Shown: positions 9,170 through 18,240, numbered from the stretch's first letter. The stretch is DNA of 64,000 bases from Candidatus Fermentibacteraceae bacterium (GCA_046485185.1 JAWOHL010000041.1:67299-131298); one strand, 5' to 3'. Notes: generated by a model from the letters alone, not told the origin. Numbers and translations are program-made.

Positions 9170-9647
9170 CTATCTCAGGAACACACAGCGTCTAGTGACC
9201 GTTTCGTCGGCCGACTCCAGCCTTATCAGATAGCACCCCGAAGGCACTGAGGCGTCGGGGGTCCATGTCACGGAATGCAGCCCCGGGGTGGTTTCCTGCT
9301 CCAAAAGGCATTGCAGCGGTCTTCCCGACAGGTCGAACACCTGTATCGATGCATGGCCCTGGACTTGTGTTTGGAAGGAAAGTAGCACTTCCCGAGTGAA
9401 GGGATTCGAGGAAACCGTTATGAAGGTCGTTCTGCATGTACGTATGCCAGTCCGTGCAGAGCCTGGGTACGGGAACGAAAGGCTCGCCGTTCAATGAGAA
9501 CGTTACCGAATCGGGAAGGAGCCCCCAGTTTTCGACCAGGGCATTGAGCGTCAGCCAGTCGCCGTCGTAGACCCCGCCGTCTGCGGGTTGGGTGATCGTC
9601 ACATCAGCAGCCGAAAGCACAGCCATCACAATAATGACAGAGCACAT
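9170..9647 (-). pseudogene. Frameshifted small T9SS-CTD cargo protein (signal peptide, Ig-like segment, C-terminal sorting domain)
   Basis: The N-terminal frame (9647 downward) reads MCSVIIVMAVLSAADVTITQPADGGVYDG...NGEPFVPVPRL. A second frame, open from about 9475 to the stop at 9170, reads FITVSSNPFTREVLLSFQTQVQGHASIQVFDLSGRPL...GCYLIRLES...VFLR, a typical type-A CTD. One frame change is needed between about 9425 and 9478. Confidence 0.6.
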
Positions 9648-9787
9648 GGCACCCTCCTATCATCAAAGAGCTTGTCATGTCGATGATGGTTAAATATGGC
9701 TGTTCTCGTAAAGGAGGCAACCGCGTTCCGCCAGGCTTCCCGAAAACATCACGGGACGGTTACGGTCTGAGCGTCTCAGGCTGCGGT

Positions 9788-11842
9788 TCAGGTAATGATG
9801 CCCATTCTCTGCAAGAGGTCGCGCTGAACGTTTGGCGGTGTGTTCTCGTAGTTCAGAAAATGCATGGAGAACCCTGCGCGGCCCTGTGTGAGGCTCCTGA
9901 TGCTGCTGGAATACCCGAACAGCTCGGACAGTGGAACCCTGGCATGGATGTTGCGCGCTTCCCCGCGCTGGTGGATGGCCTCGACCTGTCCACGGCGGGA
10001 GCTGATGTCGCCCAGGACCTCTCCGAGGTAGTCAATGGGGGTGATGACATCCAGCGCCATTATGGGCTCGCGGATCACCGGTGAGCCATCCTTCAGTGCT
10101 TCCCGGAAGGCGGCCGCGGCGGCCGACGCGTAACCCAGCTCCGTCGAATCGGTCTCGTGAAGCCTTGCTTCGATCAGCGTTATGCGCATGCCGTCAACCG
10201 GAAACCCTGCAAGGGCTCCCGCGCCCACACTGCCCCTGATCCCGCTTTTCGCGGCCTCGGTGAAGGAACCGGAAAGCCCTGAAACAGAGCTTGTTATCTC
10301 GATCCCCCCCGCAGTGGGCTCGACCTGCACCACGGCATGGCCGAAGTTGCCCCGGCCCGCGATGAGCCTCTCGAAGCTGCCCTCGCCCCTGCCCGGTCGC
10401 AGAACGCCTTCACGGTAGGATACCTGGGGGTTCCCGGTGTGAACCTGAAGCTTCTTCTCCCGCTTCAGTCTGTCAACCACGATCTCAAGATGAAGCTCTC
10501 CCATGCCCATGATGATGTTCTGGCCCGTGTCGCGGTCAACGCCCACCCTCAGGCTGGGGTCCTCGCTGGTCATCTCCTGAAGGGCGTCCTCCAGAGCCTT
10601 GTCATCACGGGCACCCGCGGGCTCTATGGCCATCTGCATCACCGGTTCGGCGAAATCGATGGATTCAAGCGTAATGGGGTGCTCGGGCACCGTCAGGGTG
10701 TCACCCGTGGCTGCGTCCTTCATTCCGGCCGCCGCTATGTCTCCGGCCTGTACGAGGTCGAGGTGGTCGCGCTTGTCCGCGTGCATGCGGACCAGGCGCA
10801 TCATCCTCTCCTTCCGGCCCGTGCGGTTGTTCAGTACGGCCTGCCCGTCCTTCGCGCTTCCCGAATACACCCTCATGTATGCCAACCTGCCCAGATGGGA
10901 GTCGGTCTGTATCTTGAACACCAGGGCAGTGAAGGGCGAATCAGTGCCTCTGGGCCTCTCCGCTTCGGTGCCGCCTGGTCCGGTGCCTGTCACGGGGGGG
11001 AGCTCTTCGGGCGCGGGAAGCCAGTCGACTATGGCGTCGAGAAGACTCTGAACGCCCACGTTCCTGAGGGCAGCGCCGCAGAGGACCGGAACGAACCGCC
11101 TCTCGAGCGTTCCCCTCCTGATGAGCGGTATGATCAGGGACGGGTCTATATCCCCCGTGCAGTAGAGCTCCATGGCCTCCTCGCACAGGTCCGCAACCGC
11201 CTCATGAACGGCCTCGAGGGCCCGGGCCGCGGGATCGGTCATCTCTTCGGGTATCGGCTCTTCACGTATGGTCTCGCCAAGTGATTCTGGATCGAAGAAG
11301 AGCGCACGGCTGCGTATCACGTCCACGATGCCCCTGAATGCCTGTCCGCTTCCGATGGGAAGGAAAACGGGCAGGGGAACGGCTCCCAGGATGTCCCTCA
11401 TCATCTGGAGCACCCTGGGGAAATCGGCTCCCTGGCGGTCCATCTTGTTCACGAAAGCAATGGTCGGGACCCCGTATTTCAGAGCCTGGCGCCAGACCGT
11501 TTCGGTCTGGGGTTCGACGCCTCCCACCGCGCAGAAAACCGCTACACCGCCGTCGAGGACCCTGAGGGAACGCTCGACCTCGGCAGTGAAGTCAACGTGA
11601 CCGGGGGTGTCGATGATGTTTATGGTTGTGTTCTTCCAGGTGCACGTGGTGGCGGCGGAAACGATGGTTATGCCCCTCTCGCGCTCCTGCGGCATCCAGT
11701 CCATCACCGTTGTGCCGTGGTCAACGTCTCCCATCCGATGGGTGCGGCCGGTGTAGAAGAGAATCCTCTCCGTGACCGTGGTCTTGCCCGCATCGATATG
11801 GGCGAAGATGCCAATGTTGCGAAGTGCACTGGGGCTGCTCAT
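9788..11842 (-). CDS. fusA: Elongation factor G
   Basis: 684 aa, [36 protein letters not shown], and a domain IV HETDS loop. Confidence 0.93.
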   Translation of the reverse strand: MSSPSALRNIGIFAHIDAGKTTVTERILFYTGRTHRMGDVDHGTTVMDWMPQERERGITIVSAATTCTWKNTTINIIDTPGHVDFTAEVERSLRVLDGGVAVFCAVGGVEPQTETVWRQALKYGVPTIAFVNKMDRQGADFPRVLQMMRDILGAVPLPVFLPIGSGQAFRGIVDVIRSRALFFDPESLGETIREEPIPEEMTDPAARALEAVHEAVADLCEEAMELYCTGDIDPSLIIPLIRRGTLERRFVPVLCGAALRNVGVQSLLDAIVDWLPAPEELPPVTGTGPGGTEAERPRGTDSPFTALVFKIQTDSHLGRLAYMRVYSGSAKDGQAVLNNRTGRKERMMRLVRMHADKRDHLDLVQAGDIAAAGMKDAATGDTLTVPEHPITLESIDFAEPVMQMAIEPAGARDDKALEDALQEMTSEDPSLRVGVDRDTGQNIIMGMGELHLEIVVDRLKREKKLQVHTGNPQVSYREGVLRPGRGEGSFERLIAGRGNFGHAVVQVEPTAGGIEITSSVSGLSGSFTEAAKSGIRGSVGAGALAGFPVDGMRITLIEARLHETDSTELGYASAAAAAFREALKDGSPVIREPIMALDVITPIDYLGEVLGDISSRRGQVEAIHQRGEARNIHARVPLSELFGYSSSIRSLTQGRAGFSMHFLNYENTPPNVQRDLLQRMGIIT

Positions 11843-11883
11843 GGGCGGAACCTGTCTCCTGGCTGTGGGGGTTGCAGGCAGGC

Positions 11884-11912
11884 ATTCTTACGACAGGGGG
11901 CCGGTTTGTCAA
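11884..11912 (-). promoter_or_regulatory. Candidate fusA promoter TTGACA-N17-AAGAAT
   Basis: Lies in the 72-nt gap after the GGCT-like gene. AGGAGA SD before the ATG at 11842. Confidence 0.4.
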
Positions 11913-11914
11913 GT

Positions 11915-12409
11915 TCAGGCGTAGATGGATAGCTCGCGTGAGGCCCGTTCACGATCAGGATCGCTCCTGGCCTCGACGGCCCTTATGCAGGAGACGTAAT
12001 GGTCGGGAAGACCGTTCTCAAGGGCTCCCCTCAGTACATGCTCCCTGTACCAGTCGTAAGGCAGCAGAGAGGCATTGATGGCGGTGGCGCAGTACACCCA
12101 GGCCGAAACAGCGCTGCCGTCATCGAGCCTGACCGTAACGCAGCGGTTCTCGTAGCCGTAACCGACGCCTTCGATGATGTCCAGCCTGTTCTTGTCATCG
12201 GGATCGATCCGGTACACCACACCCAGGACCTCGTGTGACGGGTCGTCCGTGAAGAAGGCATCGCACTTGGCCGAGCCGTCGCTTTCACCGGCCTTGTGAA
12301 AGACCAGCGTGTAACCCGCGAGAGAGCCGACACCGATCCGCCGCACCGACGGGATTCTGGCGGACAGCCTTGCCAGTGACATGTTCGATCCGTACGCGAA
12401 GTAGTTCAA
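11915..12409 (-). CDS. Gamma-glutamylcyclotransferase-fold (AIG2/GGACT-like) protein
   Basis: 164 aa, N-terminal YFAYGSNM motif and a conserved Glu in DIIEGVG. Its start overlaps the rSAM stop by 4 nt. Confidence 0.75.
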   Translation of the reverse strand: MNYFAYGSNMSLARLSARIPSVRRIGVGSLAGYTLVFHKAGESDGSAKCDAFFTDDPSHEVLGVVYRIDPDDKNRLDIIEGVGYGYENRCVTVRLDDGSAVSAWVYCATAINASLLPYDWYREHVLRGALENGLPDHYVSCIRAVEARSDPDRERASRELSIYA

Positions 12410-13320
12410 CTGCGCTCCGTTCCGTCAAGAAACCTGCACCCCCCGCCGCAACTCGGCAGAGCAGTACAACCACGGCATTCACGGAAAGGTGTGGCTTCAC
12501 GGAACCCCTTCACGGCGGGCAACTCCCTCAGTGTGGAAAACCTTTCTAAAAGCAGGCTTCCGAGAAGAACAGGGCTCTGCTCACAGGTTCTCAGCCAGCC
12601 ATCGGGCCCTATGGCCCACTTTCCCTCTCCGCAGTGACATGCTGTGTTGATTATACCAAATTCATTGACATTGGTGAACACACAGGGTTCCAGAGGGATA
12701 CCCGCGTACACAGGCAACGAGAGTTCCGCACCCATTCTCCCGGCACCCCGAAGGACTTCATTGATCTCGGTCTGCGAGGGCAGATGGTCGGCATCGGTCG
12801 ACCTTCCCGTTGGAACGAACCTGTTCAGGCATACGGCATCGGCCCCCAGGGCGGCAGCAAGCCTGACCACTTCAGGTGCCGAACCGAAGCTCTTCGAGGT
12901 CAGGCAAAGGGAAAGCGTAACGCTGGCGCCGGTCGCACATGCGCCCGCAATCCCCCCGGACACCTCAGCGAAAGGGGTTTCGATGCCGATGTCGAAGTGC
13001 CTTACTCCCGATTCCCGCAGTTCGCGGGCGATGGATGATGTCAGTAGTGTCCCGTTGGTGGCGACGGCCACTGTGAAGCCCTGTTCCACTGCGATCGCGA
13101 CGATCTCGGAAAGATCGGGCCTGAGCAAGGGTTCGCCGCCGGTAAGGGTCACGCCCGATACCGGGGCATCGGTTCGAAGGCTTTTGAACAGTTCACGGAT
13201 CTCGGGGAGTGCAAGCTCCCCGGGAACCCGATTCCCCGGGGTGCGCCAGGCGTTGTAGCAGTAGCCGCAGGAAAGGTTGCAGCGGGGAGTTACTTCGAAA
13301 GCGAACCAGAAGCCGTTCAG
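12406..13320 (-). CDS. Radical SAM / SPASM-domain enzyme of about 305 aa; non-canonical (CTG) start inferred
   Basis: CNLSCGYC (13281-13258), GGEPLL, and a C-terminal Cys-rich SPASM region (CHCGEGKWAIGPDGWLRTCE...CRGCTALPSCGGGCRF). The track ORF (start 13152) lacks the cluster motif. Confidence 0.8.
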   Translation of the reverse strand: MNGFWFAFEVTPRCNLSCGYCYNAWRTPGNRVPGELALPEIRELFKSLRTDAPVSGVTLTGGEPLLRPDLSEIVAIAVEQGFTVAVATNGTLLTSSIARELRESGVRHFDIGIETPFAEVSGGIAGACATGASVTLSLCLTSKSFGSAPEVVRLAAALGADAVCLNRFVPTGRSTDADHLPSQTEINEVLRGAGRMGAELSLPVYAGIPLEPCVFTNVNEFGIINTACHCGEGKWAIGPDGWLRTCEQSPVLLGSLLLERFSTLRELPAVKGFREATPFRECRGCTALPSCGGGCRFLDGTERS

Positions 13321-14012
13321 TAAAACTCCTCAAGAAGGCTTTCGAGGAGGGGCTCGAGGTATGGGCGCATCTCCCTGAACGTATTCACCCTGTCCTCCCC
13401 GAACTCTTCCGCCACGGTTTCATAGAGGAGTTCGACCTCCAGAAGCCTTTCCTGGATGCCGGGGGGACCGAAGCCGTACCGGTCATCGGCCAACTGCAGG
13501 AGCGCCCATGTTTCGAACTGCCTGCTCAGCGTATCCGACGCGGACAGAAAGACCTCTTCGGTGAGTTCTCCCGCGCTCCTGAGCCTCGAAAGCTCCCTCA
13601 GCCTTGAGTCGAAGCTGTATAGCAGGTCTTCACCAAAGGTGGTCGACCAAGCGGGCACCATCCGTGTCAGGAAGGCAGGGTTGATCCTGCTGAGCCTCAT
13701 CGCCCTTGTTTCGACGAGAAGACCCGTCATCTCCAGCGCGCTCCACATGCCCCCTTTCTCGCCGCCTGGGTTGAGTTCGGCAACGCACCTTCGCACATCG
13801 GCGATGATGCTGTCGGCCTTTGCCATGTCCAGATCACCCGCGGGCTGGAACCGGTCACCTTCCCCCCCGACACGGTTCAGAAGGTTCCAGTACCCTTTGA
13901 CCTGCCCCCACTCAGGGGATCGGAGCACCGTGCGCAGGGCGAGGGTCTGAAGCACGTCGGATGATTCGACGCCCCCGGGCGGGAGCGCCGGCGGGAGCGC
14001 CTGAAGGAGCAT
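13317..14012 (-). CDS. Hypothetical cytoplasmic protein, 231 aa, no family recognised, C-terminus ...LLEEFY
   Basis: Clean ORF. Its ATG overlaps the upstream TGA (TGATG). Helical-looking composition, no signal peptide. Confidence 0.7.
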   Translation of the reverse strand: MLLQALPPALPPGGVESSDVLQTLALRTVLRSPEWGQVKGYWNLLNRVGGEGDRFQPAGDLDMAKADSIIADVRRCVAELNPGGEKGGMWSALEMTGLLVETRAMRLSRINPAFLTRMVPAWSTTFGEDLLYSFDSRLRELSRLRSAGELTEEVFLSASDTLSRQFETWALLQLADDRYGFGPPGIQERLLEVELLYETVAEEFGEDRVNTFREMRPYLEPLLESLLEEFY

Positions 14013-14605
14013 CAGTGTACCCCGGCTTTCAGTGCGGAGGTGATCCTGACAAGTTCCCGGACGACCCTTTTCACAGATGCGACGTTCCCGGGATCCGTCA
14101 GCATGCCTTCGCCATCGATTGCTTTATCCGCACCGGAAACCGCGTGCTGCCCCGGAATCACTATCACACCAAGGTTCGTGAGAAGGGTCCTGAGCGCGGA
14201 CAGACTGCGCAGCCCGCCAAGGCTTCCGGGTGAAGCGGACAGGATGGCCGCCGTTTTTTTTCTGAACGCCGAGAGGGGCTTCTCGTCGGGTGTTTCCGAA
14301 CGGGAAGCCCAATCGAGACAGTTCTTTAGCAGCGGTGTCACAAAACCATTGTACTCCGGCGAGGCAATGAGAAAGCCGTCGCTTTCGAAAAGAAGCCTCT
14401 TGAAAGCAAGGGAGTTCAAGGGGATGCCGTGCGAGAGCTCGAGGTCCTGGTTCACGATAGGCATGGGAAAGTCGTCAAGATCGATGAGATTCACAGCAGC
14501 GCCGGCCTCGCCTGCGAATGCCGCTGCCTGCCTTATCAGCGCCCGGTTGTACGAACCCTCTCTGGTGCTGCCGGCAAAGGCAAGAATCCGGACAGGGCCG
14601 TTCAT
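14012..14605 (-). CDS. NAD(P)H-dependent FMN reductase (flavodoxin-like fold)
   Basis: VRILAFAGSTREGSYNR...FLIASPEYNGFVTPLLKNCLDWASR. I prefer the ATG at 14605; the alternative TTG is at 14617. Confidence 0.85.
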   Translation of the reverse strand: MNGPVRILAFAGSTREGSYNRALIRQAAAFAGEAGAAVNLIDLDDFPMPIVNQDLELSHGIPLNSLAFKRLLFESDGFLIASPEYNGFVTPLLKNCLDWASRSETPDEKPLSAFRKKTAAILSASPGSLGGLRSLSALRTLLTNLGVIVIPGQHAVSGADKAIDGEGMLTDPGNVASVKRVVRELVRITSALKAGVH

Positions 14606-14609
14606 TCTC

Positions 14610-15158
14610 TCAGTCAAAGTCCATCTTCGCCCTACCCCAGGTGGACCCCTGAAGGGAGAACTCGAGGATTTCGATGCTGGCCGTCGTTATGAACTGGTGC
14701 ACGGTCGAGAAGTCGTCGGCACCGTTGGGTCCCCTGGCAAGGATTATCGGGTAGGAATTGCCGGGTACAAGAGGCTTGTCGTACTGGTCGCCGGAGTCGA
14801 GCGGGATCGTGAACCTGATCTGGGTTTCCCCCCCTGACTCGGAACCGCCGTCGATTACAACGTCATGGGTCCCCCCCATGAGGGTGTCGGCCCTGTGGGA
14901 TGTGTTCTGCCATCCGAAGTCGTCCCTGATGAAGGTGTCGCCGCCGGAAACGTAGCCGATGATGATGTTGGCGTTCAGCATCATAACGGAGGGGTCGAAA
15001 CCCACAGCCACCCAGCCTGTCGTGGGACCGGTGAGTTCTACTGCAAGGTTGTCTCCCGCCTGGGTTTCCCACCGGAGGAGGAATCCCGAAACTTCAATCT
15101 CCTGCCACGCGAATGTGGCGCCTGTGAGGACGGCCATGATGATCAACAGCTTACCCAT
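14610..15158 (-). CDS. Secreted DOMON-domain protein
   Basis: 182 aa from an internal ATG with a GGAAGG SD, signal peptide MGKLLIIMAVLTGATFA, and TGWVAVGFDPSVMM...IIGYV. Paralogous to 15243..15773. Confidence 0.75.
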   Translation of the reverse strand: MGKLLIIMAVLTGATFAWQEIEVSGFLLRWETQAGDNLAVELTGPTTGWVAVGFDPSVMMLNANIIIGYVSGGDTFIRDDFGWQNTSHRADTLMGGTHDVVIDGGSESGGETQIRFTIPLDSGDQYDKPLVPGNSYPIILARGPNGADDFSTVHQFITTASIEILEFSLQGSTWGRAKMDFD

Positions 15159-15242
15159 TGTCCGCCTTCCTTTCTTTTTGGCCTGCAAGCATGATAATAC
15201 AACTGGCAAGTAAGGAAAACGATTGACAAGAGCGGAGGCGGA
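15159..15242. promoter_or_regulatory. Divergent promoter region between the two DOMON paralogs
   Basis: 84-bp AT-rich gap. The core ATGATAATACAA reads as GATAAT on the plus strand and TATTAT on the minus strand. Confidence 0.35.
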
Positions 15243-15773
15243 ATGAAAAAATCGGTTGTAATCACAGCTTTGCTTCTCATCGGAAGCTGCGGCGACCCGG
15301 CCGGCCCTTCCGGGGCCGAGGGATGGAACAACTACACAACTGACGATGTCGTGTTTCAGTGGCGGGTGGAAAACGACGGGGCGACCCTTCACGTGAAGCT
15401 TTCCGCTCCAACCACCGGATGGGTGGCTGTGGGTTTCGACCCCTCCGTTATGATGAAGGACGCGAATCTCGTAATCGGATACGTCGAAGACGGAACGGGT
15501 TACATCCGTGACGATTTCGGGACGGGGGCCACGACCCACGAGGCCGACACAGCGCTGGGGGGAACCAGCGATGTCACCCTCATCGACTCCGGCGAGACCG
15601 GCAACGAAACCGAGATCGATTTTTCCATTCCCATGTCTTCCGGGGACCAGTACGATGCCTCACTCACCCAGGGGGAAACCTACACCATACTGTTGGCTTA
15701 CGGCCCAAGCGGCGGCGATGATTTTACCAGTGCGCACCAGTTCGTTCGCACCGTTTCACTCGAACTCCTTTAG
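15243..15773 (+). CDS. DOMON-domain lipoprotein
   Basis: Lipobox LLIGSCG. TGWVAVGFDPSVMMKDANLVIGYV and GDQYD are shared with the divergent paralog. Confidence 0.8.
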   Translation: MKKSVVITALLLIGSCGDPAGPSGAEGWNNYTTDDVVFQWRVENDGATLHVKLSAPTTGWVAVGFDPSVMMKDANLVIGYVEDGTGYIRDDFGTGATTHEADTALGGTSDVTLIDSGETGNETEIDFSIPMSSGDQYDASLTQGETYTILLAYGPSGGDDFTSAHQFVRTVSLELL

Positions 15774-15782
15774 GAGGTTCTC

Positions 15783-16514
15783 ATGAGAGTTGCCGCAATA
15801 CTGCTTGCAGTCGCCTTCCCCCTCTCCGCCTACGGCCCTGGAATGCTTAACATCGAGACCCCCTCGCCCGCAACTGAGGAGGGAAGCCTTGAGCTCAGGC
15901 TGAACCACAGGTTCTACGGGGCAGCACTGAAAGATGAACCGATCGAAACTTTCTTCGGAATGGACATCGGAGCCAACGTGGGCGCAGATCTGGGCTGGTT
16001 CCCGGTGAACGGCCTCGAGATAAGGGCCGGTCACGTGCGCTCCGGTAAGGAATACACCCTGGGGGGATACTGGAGCACTTTTGTCGACAGCTTCGAAGCT
16101 GCCTTCTCCCTCGGGTATTCCTCGGTAAAACCGGCGGCCAACCAGGACCGGGAGGGCGGGCTCACGCTGCTGGGTGCGTTTTCGGCCCCCTTCGCTGACG
16201 GGCGGGTGATCCCCACGGTGAACTACGCCTATGACGGCAGGACTGAAAGGCACGGCCCCGGGTTCGGTCTTTCCGTTGGTCTGGGGGAAAACACGGCACT
16301 GATCGGCGAGTACTTCCCGCTCGTGGGCCGGGATGACGATGACCCTTCGATCCTTCCGGAAGATTCATTCTCCTTTGGGCTCAGGCGCACCACATGGGGT
16401 CACCAGTTCATCTTCATCCTCGGGAACAGCACCGGCATCGGCCCCCGGGGGCAGTTGAACGGGGCGGCCACGAACGACCTCGCCCTGGGCTTCACTATCA
16501 GAAGGATGTTCTGA
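15783..16514 (+). CDS. Putative outer-membrane beta-barrel protein (DUF5777-like)
   Basis: Signal peptide, alternating beta-strand pattern, C-terminal ...LGFTIRRMF. Confidence 0.6.
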   Translation: MRVAAILLAVAFPLSAYGPGMLNIETPSPATEEGSLELRLNHRFYGAALKDEPIETFFGMDIGANVGADLGWFPVNGLEIRAGHVRSGKEYTLGGYWSTFVDSFEAAFSLGYSSVKPAANQDREGGLTLLGAFSAPFADGRVIPTVNYAYDGRTERHGPGFGLSVGLGENTALIGEYFPLVGRDDDDPSILPEDSFSFGLRRTTWGHQFIFILGNSTGIGPRGQLNGAATNDLALGFTIRRMF

Positions 16515-16526
16515 AAGGGGAGGATA

Positions 16527-16928
16527 ATGCCGAAGTTCACGCCCGACCCCGATGAGAAGGTTTTTGCCGACAGGCGCCGTTACACGCTGCAGGGCGGCAG
16601 GATCAAGTTCCCGGTGGACTGCCGCTGTGTCCTGACCGACAGGAGGTTCGTCTTTCACGACCTGGGAAAGATGGCGCCGCTCTACACCCAGTTGGGGATA
16701 CTTCTCAAGCTTCTGATACGGGGAAAACCTGTCAGCCTTCCCTTCGGCACAATAACTGTCACCAGGGGAACCTACGCCCGAAACGGCATGATGCTGCTGG
16801 TGAGTTCCGATGACGGAAGCGCCGTCCTGTTGGACAACTTCGACAAATCCCTGGAATGGATGCGCACAGCCCTGGAGGAAAACGGCATGGGTCTGGTCCA
16901 GACCGGCGAGGAGGTCTGGAGGCTGTAA
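16527..16928 (+). CDS. Hypothetical protein, possibly PH/GRAM-like fold
   Basis: 133-aa ORF in operon context. The fold guess is weak. Confidence 0.5.
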   Translation: MPKFTPDPDEKVFADRRRYTLQGGRIKFPVDCRCVLTDRRFVFHDLGKMAPLYTQLGILLKLLIRGKPVSLPFGTITVTRGTYARNGMMLLVSSDDGSAVLLDNFDKSLEWMRTALEENGMGLVQTGEEVWRL

Positions 16929-16937
16929 GGGCCGCTC

Positions 16938-18167
16938 ATGCTCTCCAGATACAAGACCATTGTCATCGGGGCCGGTCCCGCTGGATTGTTCTGTGCCCTG
17001 AACGCCTGCACGAACAGGCATGATGTGCTTCTGCTTGAGAAGAACGGAAGCCCCGGCAGAAAACTGCTTCTTTCAGGGTCGGGGCAGTGCAACTTCAGCC
17101 GGACTGGTCCGATGAGCGAGTTCACCGGGCACTACGGTGGAGCAGCCAATTTCGTCAAACCGGCCCTTCTGGCCTTCACCAACAAGGACCTGTGCGCCTT
17201 TCTCGAGAACGGCGGCGTAAAGACCTTCGCCCGGGAGGACGGCAAGCTGTTCCCTGCGGGAATGAGGGCATCCGACATCCTCGCGCTTCTTCTTGGGCGG
17301 TGTGCCGGGAAGGGCGTAAAAATGATGTTCGACTCACAGGTCGAAGCGGTTTCCCGCGAGGAAGGCGGTTTCACCGTCACCGCGGGCGGAGAGGTGTTCT
17401 CATCCGATTCCCTGGTTATCGCCACAGGCGGGTGCTCCTACCCCGACACCGGCTCAGCCGGCGACGGGTTCGCTCTGGCGGTCTCGCTGGGCCATACCGT
17501 AACCGACATCACCCCCTCCCTCACGCACATAACTGCGGAGGAACCTTTTCCCGCAGGGCTGGCCGGCATATCAGTGAAAAATCCGGCGATCTCCCTCCAT
17601 AAGGCCGACGGGAGGACGATTTCAGCCAGGGGCGACGTTCTCTTCACCGGCGCGGGGCTTTCGGGACCGGGAATCCTGAACCTCAGCAGGCACATCAGGG
17701 ATGGTGACAGGCTTTCGGTGGCGCTTACGGAGAAACCAGCGCGGGAGGTCGAAACCAGCCTCATGGAGGCCCTCCAATCCGGGGGAAAGAAGGCGGTCAG
17801 AACAATCCTGAAAGGCCTTGGCATTCCCGAGCGGCTCGCGGACACCGTTCTCGAAACGGCGGGGATCGTTCCGTCCCGGAAGGGCGGGGAGATAGGAAGG
17901 GCCGATCGAATGAGGATGCTGGGGCTGGTAACGGCATTCCCCGTCACGGTCGCCGAAAAGGGCAGCTTCCGGGTGGCAATGGCCACGGCGGGAGGGGTGA
18001 CCCGGGACGAGGTCAACCGGAAGAGCATGGAATCCAGGATAACCCCGGGTCTTTACTTCGCGGGGGAAGTCCTCGATGTGGACGGCGATACCGGCGGCTA
18101 CAACATCCAGTGGGCATTCTCTTCCGCAATGGCGGCCGCTTCAGGCATCGGGGCGAAAAAGCCCTGA
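16938..18167 (+). CDS. HI0933/BaiN-family NAD(P)/FAD-dependent oxidoreductase
   Basis: IVIGAGPAGLFCAL dinucleotide motif, 409 aa, C-terminal GLYFAGEVLDVDGDTGGYN. Confidence 0.85.
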   Translation: MLSRYKTIVIGAGPAGLFCALNACTNRHDVLLLEKNGSPGRKLLLSGSGQCNFSRTGPMSEFTGHYGGAANFVKPALLAFTNKDLCAFLENGGVKTFAREDGKLFPAGMRASDILALLLGRCAGKGVKMMFDSQVEAVSREEGGFTVTAGGEVFSSDSLVIATGGCSYPDTGSAGDGFALAVSLGHTVTDITPSLTHITAEEPFPAGLAGISVKNPAISLHKADGRTISARGDVLFTGAGLSGPGILNLSRHIRDGDRLSVALTEKPAREVETSLMEALQSGGKKAVRTILKGLGIPERLADTVLETAGIVPSRKGGEIGRADRMRMLGLVTAFPVTVAEKGSFRVAMATAGGVTRDEVNRKSMESRITPGLYFAGEVLDVDGDTGGYNIQWAFSSAMAAASGIGAKKP

Positions 18168-18240
18168 AAGCCCTGGTTTGGTATAGAGCCGGAGATCACG
18201 CTATAATCCGGGCCTATTTCAACAGGGGGGGCTTCCGCAT

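Noticed and set aside
13300-13330. Programmed -1 frameshift fusing the 231-aa ORF to the radical SAM ORF.
   Set aside because: The junction GAG TTT TAC TGA does not form an X XXY YYZ slippery heptamer. The rSAM frame is closed only 3 codons upstream of the CTG. Reinitiation or an indel is the more economical explanation.
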